Shown here: positions 44,851 through 53,057 of the stretch, piece after piece
Position numbering within the stretch: position 1 is the first letter of the stretch
Layout of the letters: each line of letters starts with the position of its first letter
Origin: Candidatus Sericytochromatia bacterium
Lineage (GTDB): Bacteria; Cyanobacteriota; Sericytochromatia; S15B-MN24; JAQBPE01
Direction: 5' to 3'
Assembly (NCBI GenBank): GCA_035285125.1
Contig: JAYKHR010000155.1
Span: 1 to 64,000 of the forward strand
Length of the DNA stretch: 64,000 nt
Notes under the pieces: generated by a model
Told to the model about the DNA's origin: nothing
Databases searched by the model: none
Seen by the model: the letters and a program-made list of their open reading frames with translations, nothing else
Position numbers and translations under genes: made by a program

Positions 44851-46110
44851 ATGCACCACCACTCGACCCGCCTCTCCTTGCTGCTAGCCTCGGCCTTGGC
44901 GCTTGGCTGCGCGGCACCCGCCTTGGCCCCCCTCGAAGAGGACTCCGGCAAGGTCAAGCAACGCGGTAACGGCACGCCCAAGGCAGGCACGTCCGGGTCC
45001 GACGGGGCGGCAACCGCCTCCGGTGCAAAGGGCACGGGGGATACCTCCGGCTCCGGCCTCACGACGGGCGCCGGCGCTGGCTCCGGCCTCACGACGGGCA
45101 CGGCCAGCGGCACAGTCCCAGTCGGGCAGGGCGGCGCCTCCGGCACGGTGCCGACGGGGGGCCTCACGGGCCCCACGCCCACGCCGCCGCCCATTAACCC
45201 TGCGACCGGCCAAGGCATCAACCAGCAGACGGGGGACGCCATTCGCGGCACTGTGGACGCGCTGCCAGGCGAGAAGACCCTCGCGACGCCCAAGCCCACG
45301 CCGATCACCTTCACCGTGCTCACGGCCGACGGCACCCCGGCGAACTACTTCTTCGCGGGCAACACCGTGTTCATCGAGGCCTCGGGTCTCAAGGCCGGCG
45401 ACAAGTACAGCGCCACGCTGGTCTGGCCGAACGGCAAGAAGACCATGCAGGAGTTCACGGCTGATGAGGGCGGCAACATGCAGGGCCCCCAGGGCAAGTT
45501 CATCGAGTACCCGCACGCCGGCTTCTACAACGTCTCGGTCATCCAGGGCCAAAAGGTCGTCGTGACGGGCGAGTTCATGGTCGAGCTGCGCCACGTGCCC
45601 ACGGACGCGGTGGTTGGCGAGCGGCCGTTCGCCGTGCGGCCGGGCCCCGTGATCTTCTCGGCAGGGCGCGACCGCCGCAGCACCCTGGAGAACCCCGTGT
45701 ACACCCAGCGGACGCTCTATTTCTCCGACACCTTCGAGGAGGTCTACCTCCATGGCGAGGGCTTCGAGCCCGGCACCCAGCTCGTGATCAACATGATCCA
45801 GGCCAACGTGAACCGGCAGAACCCGATGCCGGACGGCCTGCTGATGACGGACAAGCTCGTCTCCCCGTTCACGAACCTGACTTACCAGTGCAACGACGAC
45901 GGCGTCTTCGACGCCAAGGTCAACTCCTGGTTCACGCGCGAGGCCGTCAAGGACTCCATGGTCATCATCGGCAAGTACCTCAACGACTCGCCCAACTTCG
46001 TTCGCGCCGAAGACATCGCGATCACCGACCACCCGACCTTCCTGATCAAGAACTCCAAGGACTTCTTCGACGCCATCGGGGTGACGCCCGGCGGTGGCCC
46101 CACGCCCTGA
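44851..46110 (+). CDS. Hypothetical lipoprotein with Gly/Thr/Ser linker and two Ig-like beta-sandwich regions
   Basis: Lipobox ALGC; low-complexity linker; similar segments VFIEASGLKAG..FTADEGG and VYLHGEGFEPG..CNDDGVF; strong GC3 bias. Confidence 0.75.
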   Translation: MHHHSTRLSLLLASALALGCAAPALAPLEEDSGKVKQRGNGTPKAGTSGSDGAATASGAKGTGDTSGSGLTTGAGAGSGLTTGTASGTVPVGQGGASGTVPTGGLTGPTPTPPPINPATGQGINQQTGDAIRGTVDALPGEKTLATPKPTPITFTVLTADGTPANYFFAGNTVFIEASGLKAGDKYSATLVWPNGKKTMQEFTADEGGNMQGPQGKFIEYPHAGFYNVSVIQGQKVVVTGEFMVELRHVPTDAVVGERPFAVRPGPVIFSAGRDRRSTLENPVYTQRTLYFSDTFEEVYLHGEGFEPGTQLVINMIQANVNRQNPMPDGLLMTDKLVSPFTNLTYQCNDDGVFDAKVNSWFTREAVKDSMVIIGKYLNDSPNFVRAEDIAITDHPTFLIKNSKDFFDAIGVTPGGGPTP

Positions 46111-46166
46111 CCCGACCCGGTAGCCCCGTGGCCGTCGCGGCCACCTGCAAGAGGAGGACCCCACGC

Positions 46167-46694
46167 ATGACCCAAGCCAGACGCTCCTTGCGCTGGGGGC
46201 GGGCGGCGACCGCGGCAGGCCTGGCGGCCGTGGCTGCGGCCACCGGCTGCTCCCAGCCCCCGCAAGCCGCCCCCCCCACCCTCTCGGCCATCGGCACCGC
46301 CAAGGGCGGCAAGGGCTTCCAGGCAGTGAAGCAGGGCGACCACCTCGTCTGCAGCGCCTGCGGCTCCCAGCTGAACGCGGAAGGCCGCCACCGCCTGGGC
46401 GCGATGCTCGTCCGCACGATGCAGCACATGAATACCCGGGAGGCCTTCACTCGGCCGGCCCAGCCCGGCGAGTTGCAGCTCAAGACCGTGGTCAACGAGC
46501 TGATCGGGCACATCGGGCACGAGAAGCTGGGCTTCAAGATTCCCGCCGACCAGCAGCCCAAGCCCGCGGCCGACCCCGTGAACCAGTTCCCCGTCTACAT
46601 CGCAGACCGGCGCGGCTGGCAGGACTACGTCGCGGCGAACCCCTACGGCTGCTGCCTCCCGGACGGCGTGCCGGCGCCAGACGCCCCCTACTGA
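46167..46694 (+). CDS. Lipoprotein N-terminal part, ending at a UGA in frame with the next ORF (probably one 535-aa protein 46167..47774)
   Basis: GAGGAGG RBS, lipobox ATGC, CSAC and GCC motifs; the frame stays open after TGA 46692-94 until TAG 47774. Confidence 0.7.
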   Translation: MTQARRSLRWGRAATAAGLAAVAAATGCSQPPQAAPPTLSAIGTAKGGKGFQAVKQGDHLVCSACGSQLNAEGRHRLGAMLVRTMQHMNTREAFTRPAQPGELQLKTVVNELIGHIGHEKLGFKIPADQQPKPAADPVNQFPVYIADRRGWQDYVAANPYGCCLPDGVPAPDAPY

Positions 46695-46699
46695 CTGGA

Positions 46700-46739
46700 G
46701 GATGCGCTGCAGGGCCAGTCTGGTCCTGCCGATGTGTCC
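46700..46739 (+). other. SECIS-like stem-loop directly 3' of in-frame UGA
   Basis: Upper stem GCAGGGCCA(46709-17)/TGGTCCTGC(46721-29), loop GTC; lower stem GGATGCGC/GATGTGTCC with G-U pairs and a bulge. Confidence 0.45.
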
Positions 46740-47774
46740 GAGGTGCTCGGCACCCCCGAGTTCATTAACCTCTACCAGTGCTTCCCCTACTGCGGCGGCG
46801 CCGGCCCGACACCGCCTCCCTCCAACCCGATCTCGTTTACGATCCGCGTCGTCGAGTCGTCGTCGCCCGCCCTGGGCTCGGGGACCAACGGCGGCGTGCC
46901 CTCGGCGTCCGTCGTGATGACGGGTGACCGGGACAACTACCGGACGTTCACCACCGACAGCGGCGGCTACGTGTCGAACACCTACCGGCCTGAGGCCACC
47001 CCGACCTTCACCGGCTCGCGGTGGGGAATCTCCTCGACCGGGGGCCCGGGCGCCACGATCACGCTCTACACCGACTCGACGATGAAGCTCGGCCTGGCCC
47101 CAGGGAGCGCCCCCGATGCCGAGGGCGCGACCTTCAACGTCACGGCGGCGGCCAACGGGGGCGGCTCTGGCACCCTCTCCCGCGCGCTCCGGTCTGCCCC
47201 CAGCGTCCCCGCGCTCATCAAGGTGCCGCGCAACGGGGAGGCCGGAGGCTCGATCAGGGTCACGGCTGCGGACCATCCCAGGTTCACGTGGAACTCCGAG
47301 TCGCCTCTGGCGCTCACCTCCTCGGCGAACGTGGGCAAGCCCTCCAACGACACCATGCGCTTCCAGGCCATCCACAAGTGGGTGCGCGTGGCCGTCGACT
47401 TCCGGAAGCCCGCCATCAACGAGGACCTGGCGCCCATCAAGCTCACGGCCTACGCCTACGCGGTGGACGGGGCCGGGAAGCCGGTGTACGGGACCCCGCT
47501 GGGCGTGCCGACCTACGTCGGGGCGACCGGGAGCACCACCCCCCAGTCGAACCCATCTGCGGAAGGGCAGACCTCCATGTGGTTCTGGTCCCTCAGGCGC
47601 CTGGAGCAGGCTGGCGCGCCCTACGTGGACAGGTTCTTCATCCACGCGGAGGGTGGCTTCTGGATCTCGAAGCCAGACGCAGCCAACGAGCTCGTCGTCA
47701 TCAATGACGCAGCCCGGGTCAGCGGCGTCATCACCAAGACCATCGAGCTCCTTCAAAGCGGTGGCGGCAAGTAG
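46734..47774 (+). CDS. Extracellular beta-sandwich region lacking its own signal peptide; likely C-terminal continuation of the upstream lipoprotein
   Basis: Same frame as 46167 ORF; CFPYC, PTPPPS linker, GVPSASVVM..FTTDSGGY (carboxypeptidase-regulatory/Big-like); no well-spaced RBS before GTG 46734. Confidence 0.65.
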   Translation: MSEVLGTPEFINLYQCFPYCGGAGPTPPPSNPISFTIRVVESSSPALGSGTNGGVPSASVVMTGDRDNYRTFTTDSGGYVSNTYRPEATPTFTGSRWGISSTGGPGATITLYTDSTMKLGLAPGSAPDAEGATFNVTAAANGGGSGTLSRALRSAPSVPALIKVPRNGEAGGSIRVTAADHPRFTWNSESPLALTSSANVGKPSNDTMRFQAIHKWVRVAVDFRKPAINEDLAPIKLTAYAYAVDGAGKPVYGTPLGVPTYVGATGSTTPQSNPSAEGQTSMWFWSLRRLEQAGAPYVDRFFIHAEGGFWISKPDAANELVVINDAARVSGVITKTIELLQSGGGK

Positions 47775-47789
47775 CCGCCGGACACCCCG

Positions 47790-47823
47790 GGGGCGCGCCC
47801 AGTCCAGGGTGCGCCCCTTTTCT
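47790..47823 (+). terminator. Rho-independent terminator
   Basis: GGGGCGCGCCC-agtcca-GGGTGCGCCCC then TTTTCT. Confidence 0.8.
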
Positions 47824-47832
47824 GATGTTCCC

Positions 47833-49422
47833 ATGGCTCAGACCGCCTTCCTGCGCTTCAGCCTGACGCTGCTGGCGCTCGGCGTCTCGTCCTGCCGACT
47901 CCCCGAGGCCGCGCCGGCGCCCGCCCCGGCACCGAGCTCGATGCCAGGAAACGGCCCAAAGGCTGAGGTCCCGACGGCGCGCGTGCGGCTGACCCCCGCC
48001 ACGTTCTCCGAGCCGGCCCCGGCGGCCCGGCAGGCCGTGGCCGGAGAGCCGCCCCAGTTGTTCCGGCTGGGGGCCGGCCTCTGGGAGGTGCCCGCCCCCC
48101 GAGCCGGCAACGGCCTCTACCTCGCGCTGGCCTCCCCGGAGTGGCCCACGGAGGGCACACCGCTACAGCTGCAGGTCGAGGGCGCGGCGCCCAACCCGCC
48201 CGAAGAGGGCGCCGTCAGCATCGCCACGGAGGCGACGACGTCCCGGCTCGCCGCCTGTGGCGCGTCTTTGGCCGAGGCCACCGACCCCGCCCCGCCTGCC
48301 TCGGCCCGCCGCCTCCTGACGGTTGCGACGGCGCAGGACCAGGAGCCGTTCTGGATCATCCGCGCCGGCCTGCCTGCCCCCCCCGGCGAGGCCTACGACG
48401 AGGTCGAGCGGGTCTGCAGGCGCGTCCACAGCGGCAAAGGGTGCCACGTGTACCTGGACCAGCGCCTCGCGGTGGAAGACGCGATCGCCGAGGCCCGGGC
48501 GCTCGGCGAGGCCTTCGACGACCAGCTCCTGCCCGGCGTGTCCCGCCTGTTCGGCCCCGCCCCCCAGCCCGGCATCGATGGAGACGCCCGCATCTTCCTG
48601 GTCATCAGCCCCGACGTCTCCGCCGACGGCCGCACGGGCACGCTGGCCTACTTCGCCCGGCGCGACCAGCGCACGCGCGGGGATGGGACGCCCTCGGGCC
48701 GACACTCCAACCAGCGCGACGCCCTCTTCATCGACGCCCGAACCCTGGTGGCGAGCCGCCGGGCGGACCTGTACACGGCCGTCGCCCACGAGCTCGGCCA
48801 CCTGCTGCACTTCACCCAGCACGCCCCGAAGCTGCCCCCTGGCACGTCGGAGAAGCTCTGGCTCGAGGAGGCGCTGGCAATGCTGGCCTCGCACGCGTGT
48901 GGATACACGCTGGAGACGGCGCCGTCAATGTACCACCACGTGGCCGGCTTCCTGGCACAGCCCCACAAGTACTCGCTGACAGACTGGCCGGGGAACCCGG
49001 GCCAGGCGGGGTACGGCGTCGGCTACTTGTTCCTGCTCTACCTGCAGGAGCGGTTCGGTGAGGCCCTGATCACCGAGATCGTCCAGGGCTCGCTCGTGGG
49101 GAAGGCGCAGGTCGAGAAGGTCCTCCAGGGGCAGGGTTCCTCCTTCCAGGAGGCCTTCGGCGACTGGGCCCTGGCGGTTTTGAACGATGGGCTGTTCGAG
49201 CAGCCCGGGTCCCCGTGGTGCTACCCGCACACCCAGCTTCGCACCAGCACGCCCCACGGGCCCCTGAAGGGACCGGCCGTGATGCGCCTGGGGCCAGAGG
49301 GGGCACAGGTGCCACGTCGGGCGGATGTGGCCTATTTCTTCCATGTGAGGCCACTGCCCGACAGGCGGCTCCTCGGCGTCCGCCTGCAGGGGCCCGGCCG
49401 CCTGGCGGGGATGGTGCCCTGA
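47833..49422 (+). CDS. Lipoprotein zinc metallopeptidase (HExxH, M30/hyicolysin-like)
   Basis: Lipobox VSSC; GIDGDARI, AYF..D, SNQRDALFID, AHELGHLLH, WLEEALA, YGVGYLFLLYLQERFG. Confidence 0.8.
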   Translation: MAQTAFLRFSLTLLALGVSSCRLPEAAPAPAPAPSSMPGNGPKAEVPTARVRLTPATFSEPAPAARQAVAGEPPQLFRLGAGLWEVPAPRAGNGLYLALASPEWPTEGTPLQLQVEGAAPNPPEEGAVSIATEATTSRLAACGASLAEATDPAPPASARRLLTVATAQDQEPFWIIRAGLPAPPGEAYDEVERVCRRVHSGKGCHVYLDQRLAVEDAIAEARALGEAFDDQLLPGVSRLFGPAPQPGIDGDARIFLVISPDVSADGRTGTLAYFARRDQRTRGDGTPSGRHSNQRDALFIDARTLVASRRADLYTAVAHELGHLLHFTQHAPKLPPGTSEKLWLEEALAMLASHACGYTLETAPSMYHHVAGFLAQPHKYSLTDWPGNPGQAGYGVGYLFLLYLQERFGEALITEIVQGSLVGKAQVEKVLQGQGSSFQEAFGDWALAVLNDGLFEQPGSPWCYPHTQLRTSTPHGPLKGPAVMRLGPEGAQVPRRADVAYFFHVRPLPDRRLLGVRLQGPGRLAGMVP

Positions 49423-49483
49423 GCCCGGTGGACGGGTATACGGCGCACTGGTTGCCCCCCAGCCCCCACCCGAAGGTTTTGCC

Positions 49484-50020
49484 ATGCAGTGCCCCGCCTG
49501 CCAAACCCCCCTCGAACGCATCGAAATCGCCTCCGACCTGGCGCTGGACGCCTGCACCAACGGGTGTCGCGGCATCTGGTTCGACAACCAGGAACTGCAG
49601 GCCCTCGACGACGCCGACGAGTTCGCGGACTCACCCGTGCTCGAGCTCATCGCGGCCGACGCGGAGCCGGACTCGGCACCCCAGAGCCAGGCCGCGAGGT
49701 TGGGCTGCCCGCGTTGTGCGGGCATCAAGATGCGTCGCTTCTGGTACACCGCCAGCCGCCAGGTCGAGGTCGACCAGTGTGGGCAGTGCGGCGGGTGCTG
49801 GCTGGACCGGGGAGAGCTGGGCCGCGTGCGGGCCGAGTACCGATCTGCGGCAGATCGCGAGGCCGGTGTGGCGCGTCAGGTGGAAGACCTCCTGGCGCCT
49901 GCCGAGGCAGAGCAGGATGCGATGACTGAAGCGGCCGACGCCCGCTTGGCCGGGCGCAGGCGCGGTCGCCTCTCGCGGGCCCTTGACCGCGTCGTCGCCC
50001 ACGTGGCCGAGTGGCTCTGA
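49484..50020 (+). CDS. Double zf-TFIIB-like zinc-ribbon protein
   Basis: CPAC..DACTNGCRGIWFDNQEL and CPRC..DQCGQCGGCWLDRGEL. Confidence 0.85.
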   Translation: MQCPACQTPLERIEIASDLALDACTNGCRGIWFDNQELQALDDADEFADSPVLELIAADAEPDSAPQSQAARLGCPRCAGIKMRRFWYTASRQVEVDQCGQCGGCWLDRGELGRVRAEYRSAADREAGVARQVEDLLAPAEAEQDAMTEAADARLAGRRRGRLSRALDRVVAHVAEWL

Positions 50021-50038
50021 GCAGCGCCCGGCGTCGCG

Positions 50039-51406
50039 TCAGAAGGTCGTCTTGCCCGTGAACCTCAGCCGGCCGACGCGCAGGGCCGGGGCACGGCTGG
50101 CGCCGCCGTACCAGTTCAGGTTCAGCTTCTGAGCCGCGCCGACGGCCTCCACGTCGCGCAGCACGTCGAGCCAGGCGTGGGTGAAGCGCATGTTGCGCAG
50201 GGGGCGTACCAGCCGGCCGTTCTCCACCCAGAAGGTCCCATCACGGGTCATGCCCGTGAGCAGCGTGCGGCGGGCGTCCAGCTGGTTCACGTAGTGAAAC
50301 CTCGTCACGTAGACGCCGCGTTCCATCCCGGCCAGGAGCTGGTCGTGGGTGGCTTGCCCCGGCTGCATCGCGAGGTGGGCGGCGAGCGGCCCTGACTTCC
50401 AGAAGGCGCCCCCGCCGAAGTGGTGCCCCGTCGAGCACAGGCCCTCCCGGGCCGCGGCGCGGCGGTCGTAGACGGGAGCCCCCGCGACACCGGCATCGAA
50501 CAGCACGCGTCGCGTCGCGGGCACGCCCTCATGATCGAAGGGCGAGGCGAGGCCGGCCGGGTCCCGCGGGTCGTCCACCACCGAGATGGCCGGGTGCACG
50601 AGGCGCTCCCCCAGGCGACCTGAGAGGAAGGAGCGTCCCTCGCGCACGTCCTCGGCCCCGAAGGCCCGCCCCATGTAACCGAGCAACTCCACCACGGCGT
50701 AGGGCTCTAGCAACACAGGGTACTCGCCCGGCTCGAGGTCCTGGGGCCGCCGCGACCGCTCGGCCTTCTCCACGGCCTCGGCCCCCAGGGCCTCCCCGTC
50801 GATCCGCCGGGCGTCGGCGTGGGTGTCAGCCGCCCAGCCGCTGGAGTCGTCGCTCATGACCACGGTGTCGAGGTGGGCGAAGGTGCCCGCGTGGTGGGCC
50901 CACAGCCCCTCGGAGGTGGCAATGGCGCGCTGGCGAAGGCCCGTCTGAAAGGCGCCCGCGGCCACGAGGTCGCGCGCCCGGGCCTGGCGGCAGACGTGGC
51001 CGACGGCCGCCGCCCGGTCGACGGCCTCACAGCCGAGCGTCCCGGCATCGAGCGCCTCGGGGATGGGGGAAAAGGCCTGGGGCCCCGTGAACCCGGGGAA
51101 CTCCGCGTCGGCAGGCTGCAGCAGGGCCAGCGCCTCGGCATCCCGCAACGCGGCGGTGAGCGCCTCGGGCGAGGTGTCGTTGGTGGAGGCCTCCCCGACG
51201 CGCTGGCCGAACGCCACGCGGACGCGCACCTGCATGTCGTGCTCCGCCACGTTCTGGTGCACCTGGTTGTTCGCGAAACGCGTGAGGTGGCTGGTGTGCC
51301 CCGTCAGCACGACCTCCGTCGCCTCGGCCCGGCTGGCCTGCAGCACGTGGTCGGCGATCGCCCTCAGGGCGGCCTCGTCCTGGAGGCGGTGGGTGGTGGT
51401 GTGCAT
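50039..51406 (-). CDS. pmbA: TldD/PmbA family protein (PmbA/TldE-like subunit)
   Basis: TRFANNQVHQN, LEPGEYPVLLEP, FDHEG, TGMTRDGTF, NMRF; lacks HExxxH; GGAGAA RBS. Confidence 0.8.
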   Translation of the reverse strand: MHTTTHRLQDEAALRAIADHVLQASRAEATEVVLTGHTSHLTRFANNQVHQNVAEHDMQVRVRVAFGQRVGEASTNDTSPEALTAALRDAEALALLQPADAEFPGFTGPQAFSPIPEALDAGTLGCEAVDRAAAVGHVCRQARARDLVAAGAFQTGLRQRAIATSEGLWAHHAGTFAHLDTVVMSDDSSGWAADTHADARRIDGEALGAEAVEKAERSRRPQDLEPGEYPVLLEPYAVVELLGYMGRAFGAEDVREGRSFLSGRLGERLVHPAISVVDDPRDPAGLASPFDHEGVPATRRVLFDAGVAGAPVYDRRAAAREGLCSTGHHFGGGAFWKSGPLAAHLAMQPGQATHDQLLAGMERGVYVTRFHYVNQLDARRTLLTGMTRDGTFWVENGRLVRPLRNMRFTHAWLDVLRDVEAVGAAQKLNLNWYGGASRAPALRVGRLRFTGKTTF

Positions 51407-51419
51407 GGGTGGCTTCTCC

Positions 51420-52895
51420 TCAGGCGTCAGAACGCGCCACGCCGACATGCACGCCCCGGAACCGGGCCGGGCTCGCGCCGTGGCCCACGTGGGCCACCTG
51501 GAGCGGCTGTCCCTTGCCACAGTTCGGCGTGCCCCAGATCTGCCAGGCCTCGGGGCCGCAGATGAAGTCGCAGCCGGCCCAGAAGCGAGGCGTGATGCCC
51601 GTGTAGGTGGGGTTTCTGAGCATCCGCCCCAGCTTGCCGCGCTTCACCTCCCACGCGATCTGGGCGCCGAACTGGAAGTTCACGCGCTTGTCGTCGATGC
51701 TCCAGCTGCGGTTGGTTTGCATGTAGATGCCGTCCTCGGTGTCGGCGAGGAGGTCCTCGAAGGAGCCGGCGCCGGGTTCCAGGTTCACGTTGGTCATCCG
51801 CACCATCGGGATGCGGCCCCAGCCGTCGGCGCGGGCCATGCCGCCACTCGGCAAACCAAGCCGCGCAGCCGTCTCCCGGCAGGACAGGAAGCCCTTGAAC
51901 CGCCCCTGCTCGATGATGGGGACGCGCTGCGCCGGCACGCCCTCGTCGTCCCAGCCAAAGGTGCCAAGGCCGCCAGGCAGCGTGGCATCGGCCGTGACGG
52001 TCACGATCGGGGCGGCATACTCGAAGCTGTCCCGCATCGCCGGCGCGAGGAAGCTGGTGCCCGCGTAGGCCGCCTCGTAGCCCATCACGCGGTCGAGCTC
52101 GATGGCGTGCCCGATGGACTCGTGGATCTGAAGCGCCAGCTGGGTGGGATCGAGGATCAGGGTGGTCTCCCCCGCGGGGCAGGGGGGCGCCGTCAGCAGG
52201 GCCACGGCCTCCTCGGCAATCCGGCGGGCGTTGCCCGGCAGGTCCGTCTCGCGCACGAGCTCGTAGCCCACCGTGGCCTGCTGACGGCCGAAGGAGTTGG
52301 GGTAGGAGCGCGTCTGCAGCTCGGAGGCGCCGACGGCCGTCGCCTCGATGCCACAGCCCGTCTCGGTGATCACCTGCTCGATGCGGCTGCCCTCGGTGCT
52401 CGCAAACAGCTTGTGCTCGCGCTGGGCGCCGATGGAGCCGCTCGTGACGCGCACGCCGGGCACGGCGCGCATCTCGGCCTCGGCGGCCATCAGCGTGGCG
52501 AGTTTTTCCTCCACCGGCACCGCGAAGGGGTCTTCCCGGAGCGGGGTCTCGTACCGCCCGACGAGGCGCAGCGGCTCCCCCAGCGACACGGGCACCAGCT
52601 GGCTGGGCCGGCTGGCTCGCGCGATCGCGATGGCCTCCGTCACCACCCGCTCGACCTCCGGCTCCGTGAGCCGCGAGGAGGAGGCGAAGCCCCAGGCACC
52701 ATCCACCAGCACGCGCACGCCGAAGCCCCGGCTGGTGTTCCGGGAGATGCCGCCCGGCCGGCCGTCTCGCGTGCAAACCGTCTCCAGCAGACGTTCCACG
52801 AGCCGGACATCCGCGTAGCTGGCGCCGGCCAGCTGGGCGCGGTTGAGGGCCAGCTCGGCGAGGGCCACGGGCAACACGGTGACGGCCAAGGGCAC
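51420..52895 (-). CDS. tldD: TldD metalloprotease
   Basis: YADVR, GFGVRV..GAWGF, HESIGH, DDEG, RMTN, NCGKGQP; start approximate (GTG 52895). Confidence 0.9.
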   Translation of the reverse strand: MPLAVTVLPVALAELALNRAQLAGASYADVRLVERLLETVCTRDGRPGGISRNTSRGFGVRVLVDGAWGFASSSRLTEPEVERVVTEAIAIARASRPSQLVPVSLGEPLRLVGRYETPLREDPFAVPVEEKLATLMAAEAEMRAVPGVRVTSGSIGAQREHKLFASTEGSRIEQVITETGCGIEATAVGASELQTRSYPNSFGRQQATVGYELVRETDLPGNARRIAEEAVALLTAPPCPAGETTLILDPTQLALQIHESIGHAIELDRVMGYEAAYAGTSFLAPAMRDSFEYAAPIVTVTADATLPGGLGTFGWDDEGVPAQRVPIIEQGRFKGFLSCRETAARLGLPSGGMARADGWGRIPMVRMTNVNLEPGAGSFEDLLADTEDGIYMQTNRSWSIDDKRVNFQFGAQIAWEVKRGKLGRMLRNPTYTGITPRFWAGCDFICGPEAWQIWGTPNCGKGQPLQVAHVGHGASPARFRGVHVGVARSDA

Positions 52896-52958
52896 GAGCG
52901 GGACCTCTCTGCGGGCGGTGGGCGTCCGAGGCGGGCGTGGCGCCCCGCCGGACGCTTC

Positions 52959-52964
52959 ATTATA
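52959..52964 (-). promoter_or_regulatory. -10 element for tldD
   Basis: Consensus TATAAT on minus strand in the divergent intergenic region. Confidence 0.5.
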
Positions 52965-53057
52965 GCGGGTTGCCGCGTGGGCGGCGCGCATCGGACGGCC
53001 GGCAGCCTGGCTGGGTATGACATGGGAAGCTGCCCCCTCCTGCCCCGACCACGCCCC

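Noticed and set aside
49484..52895. RiPP cluster around TldD/PmbA
   Set aside because: No precursor peptide, YcaO or radical SAM gene adjacent; tldD/E are commonly stand-alone
51063..53057. N-terminal 665 aa of the 1176-aa ORF
   Set aside because: Overlaps tldD/pmbA on the opposite strand; the real gene begins at the lipoprotein signal at 53058
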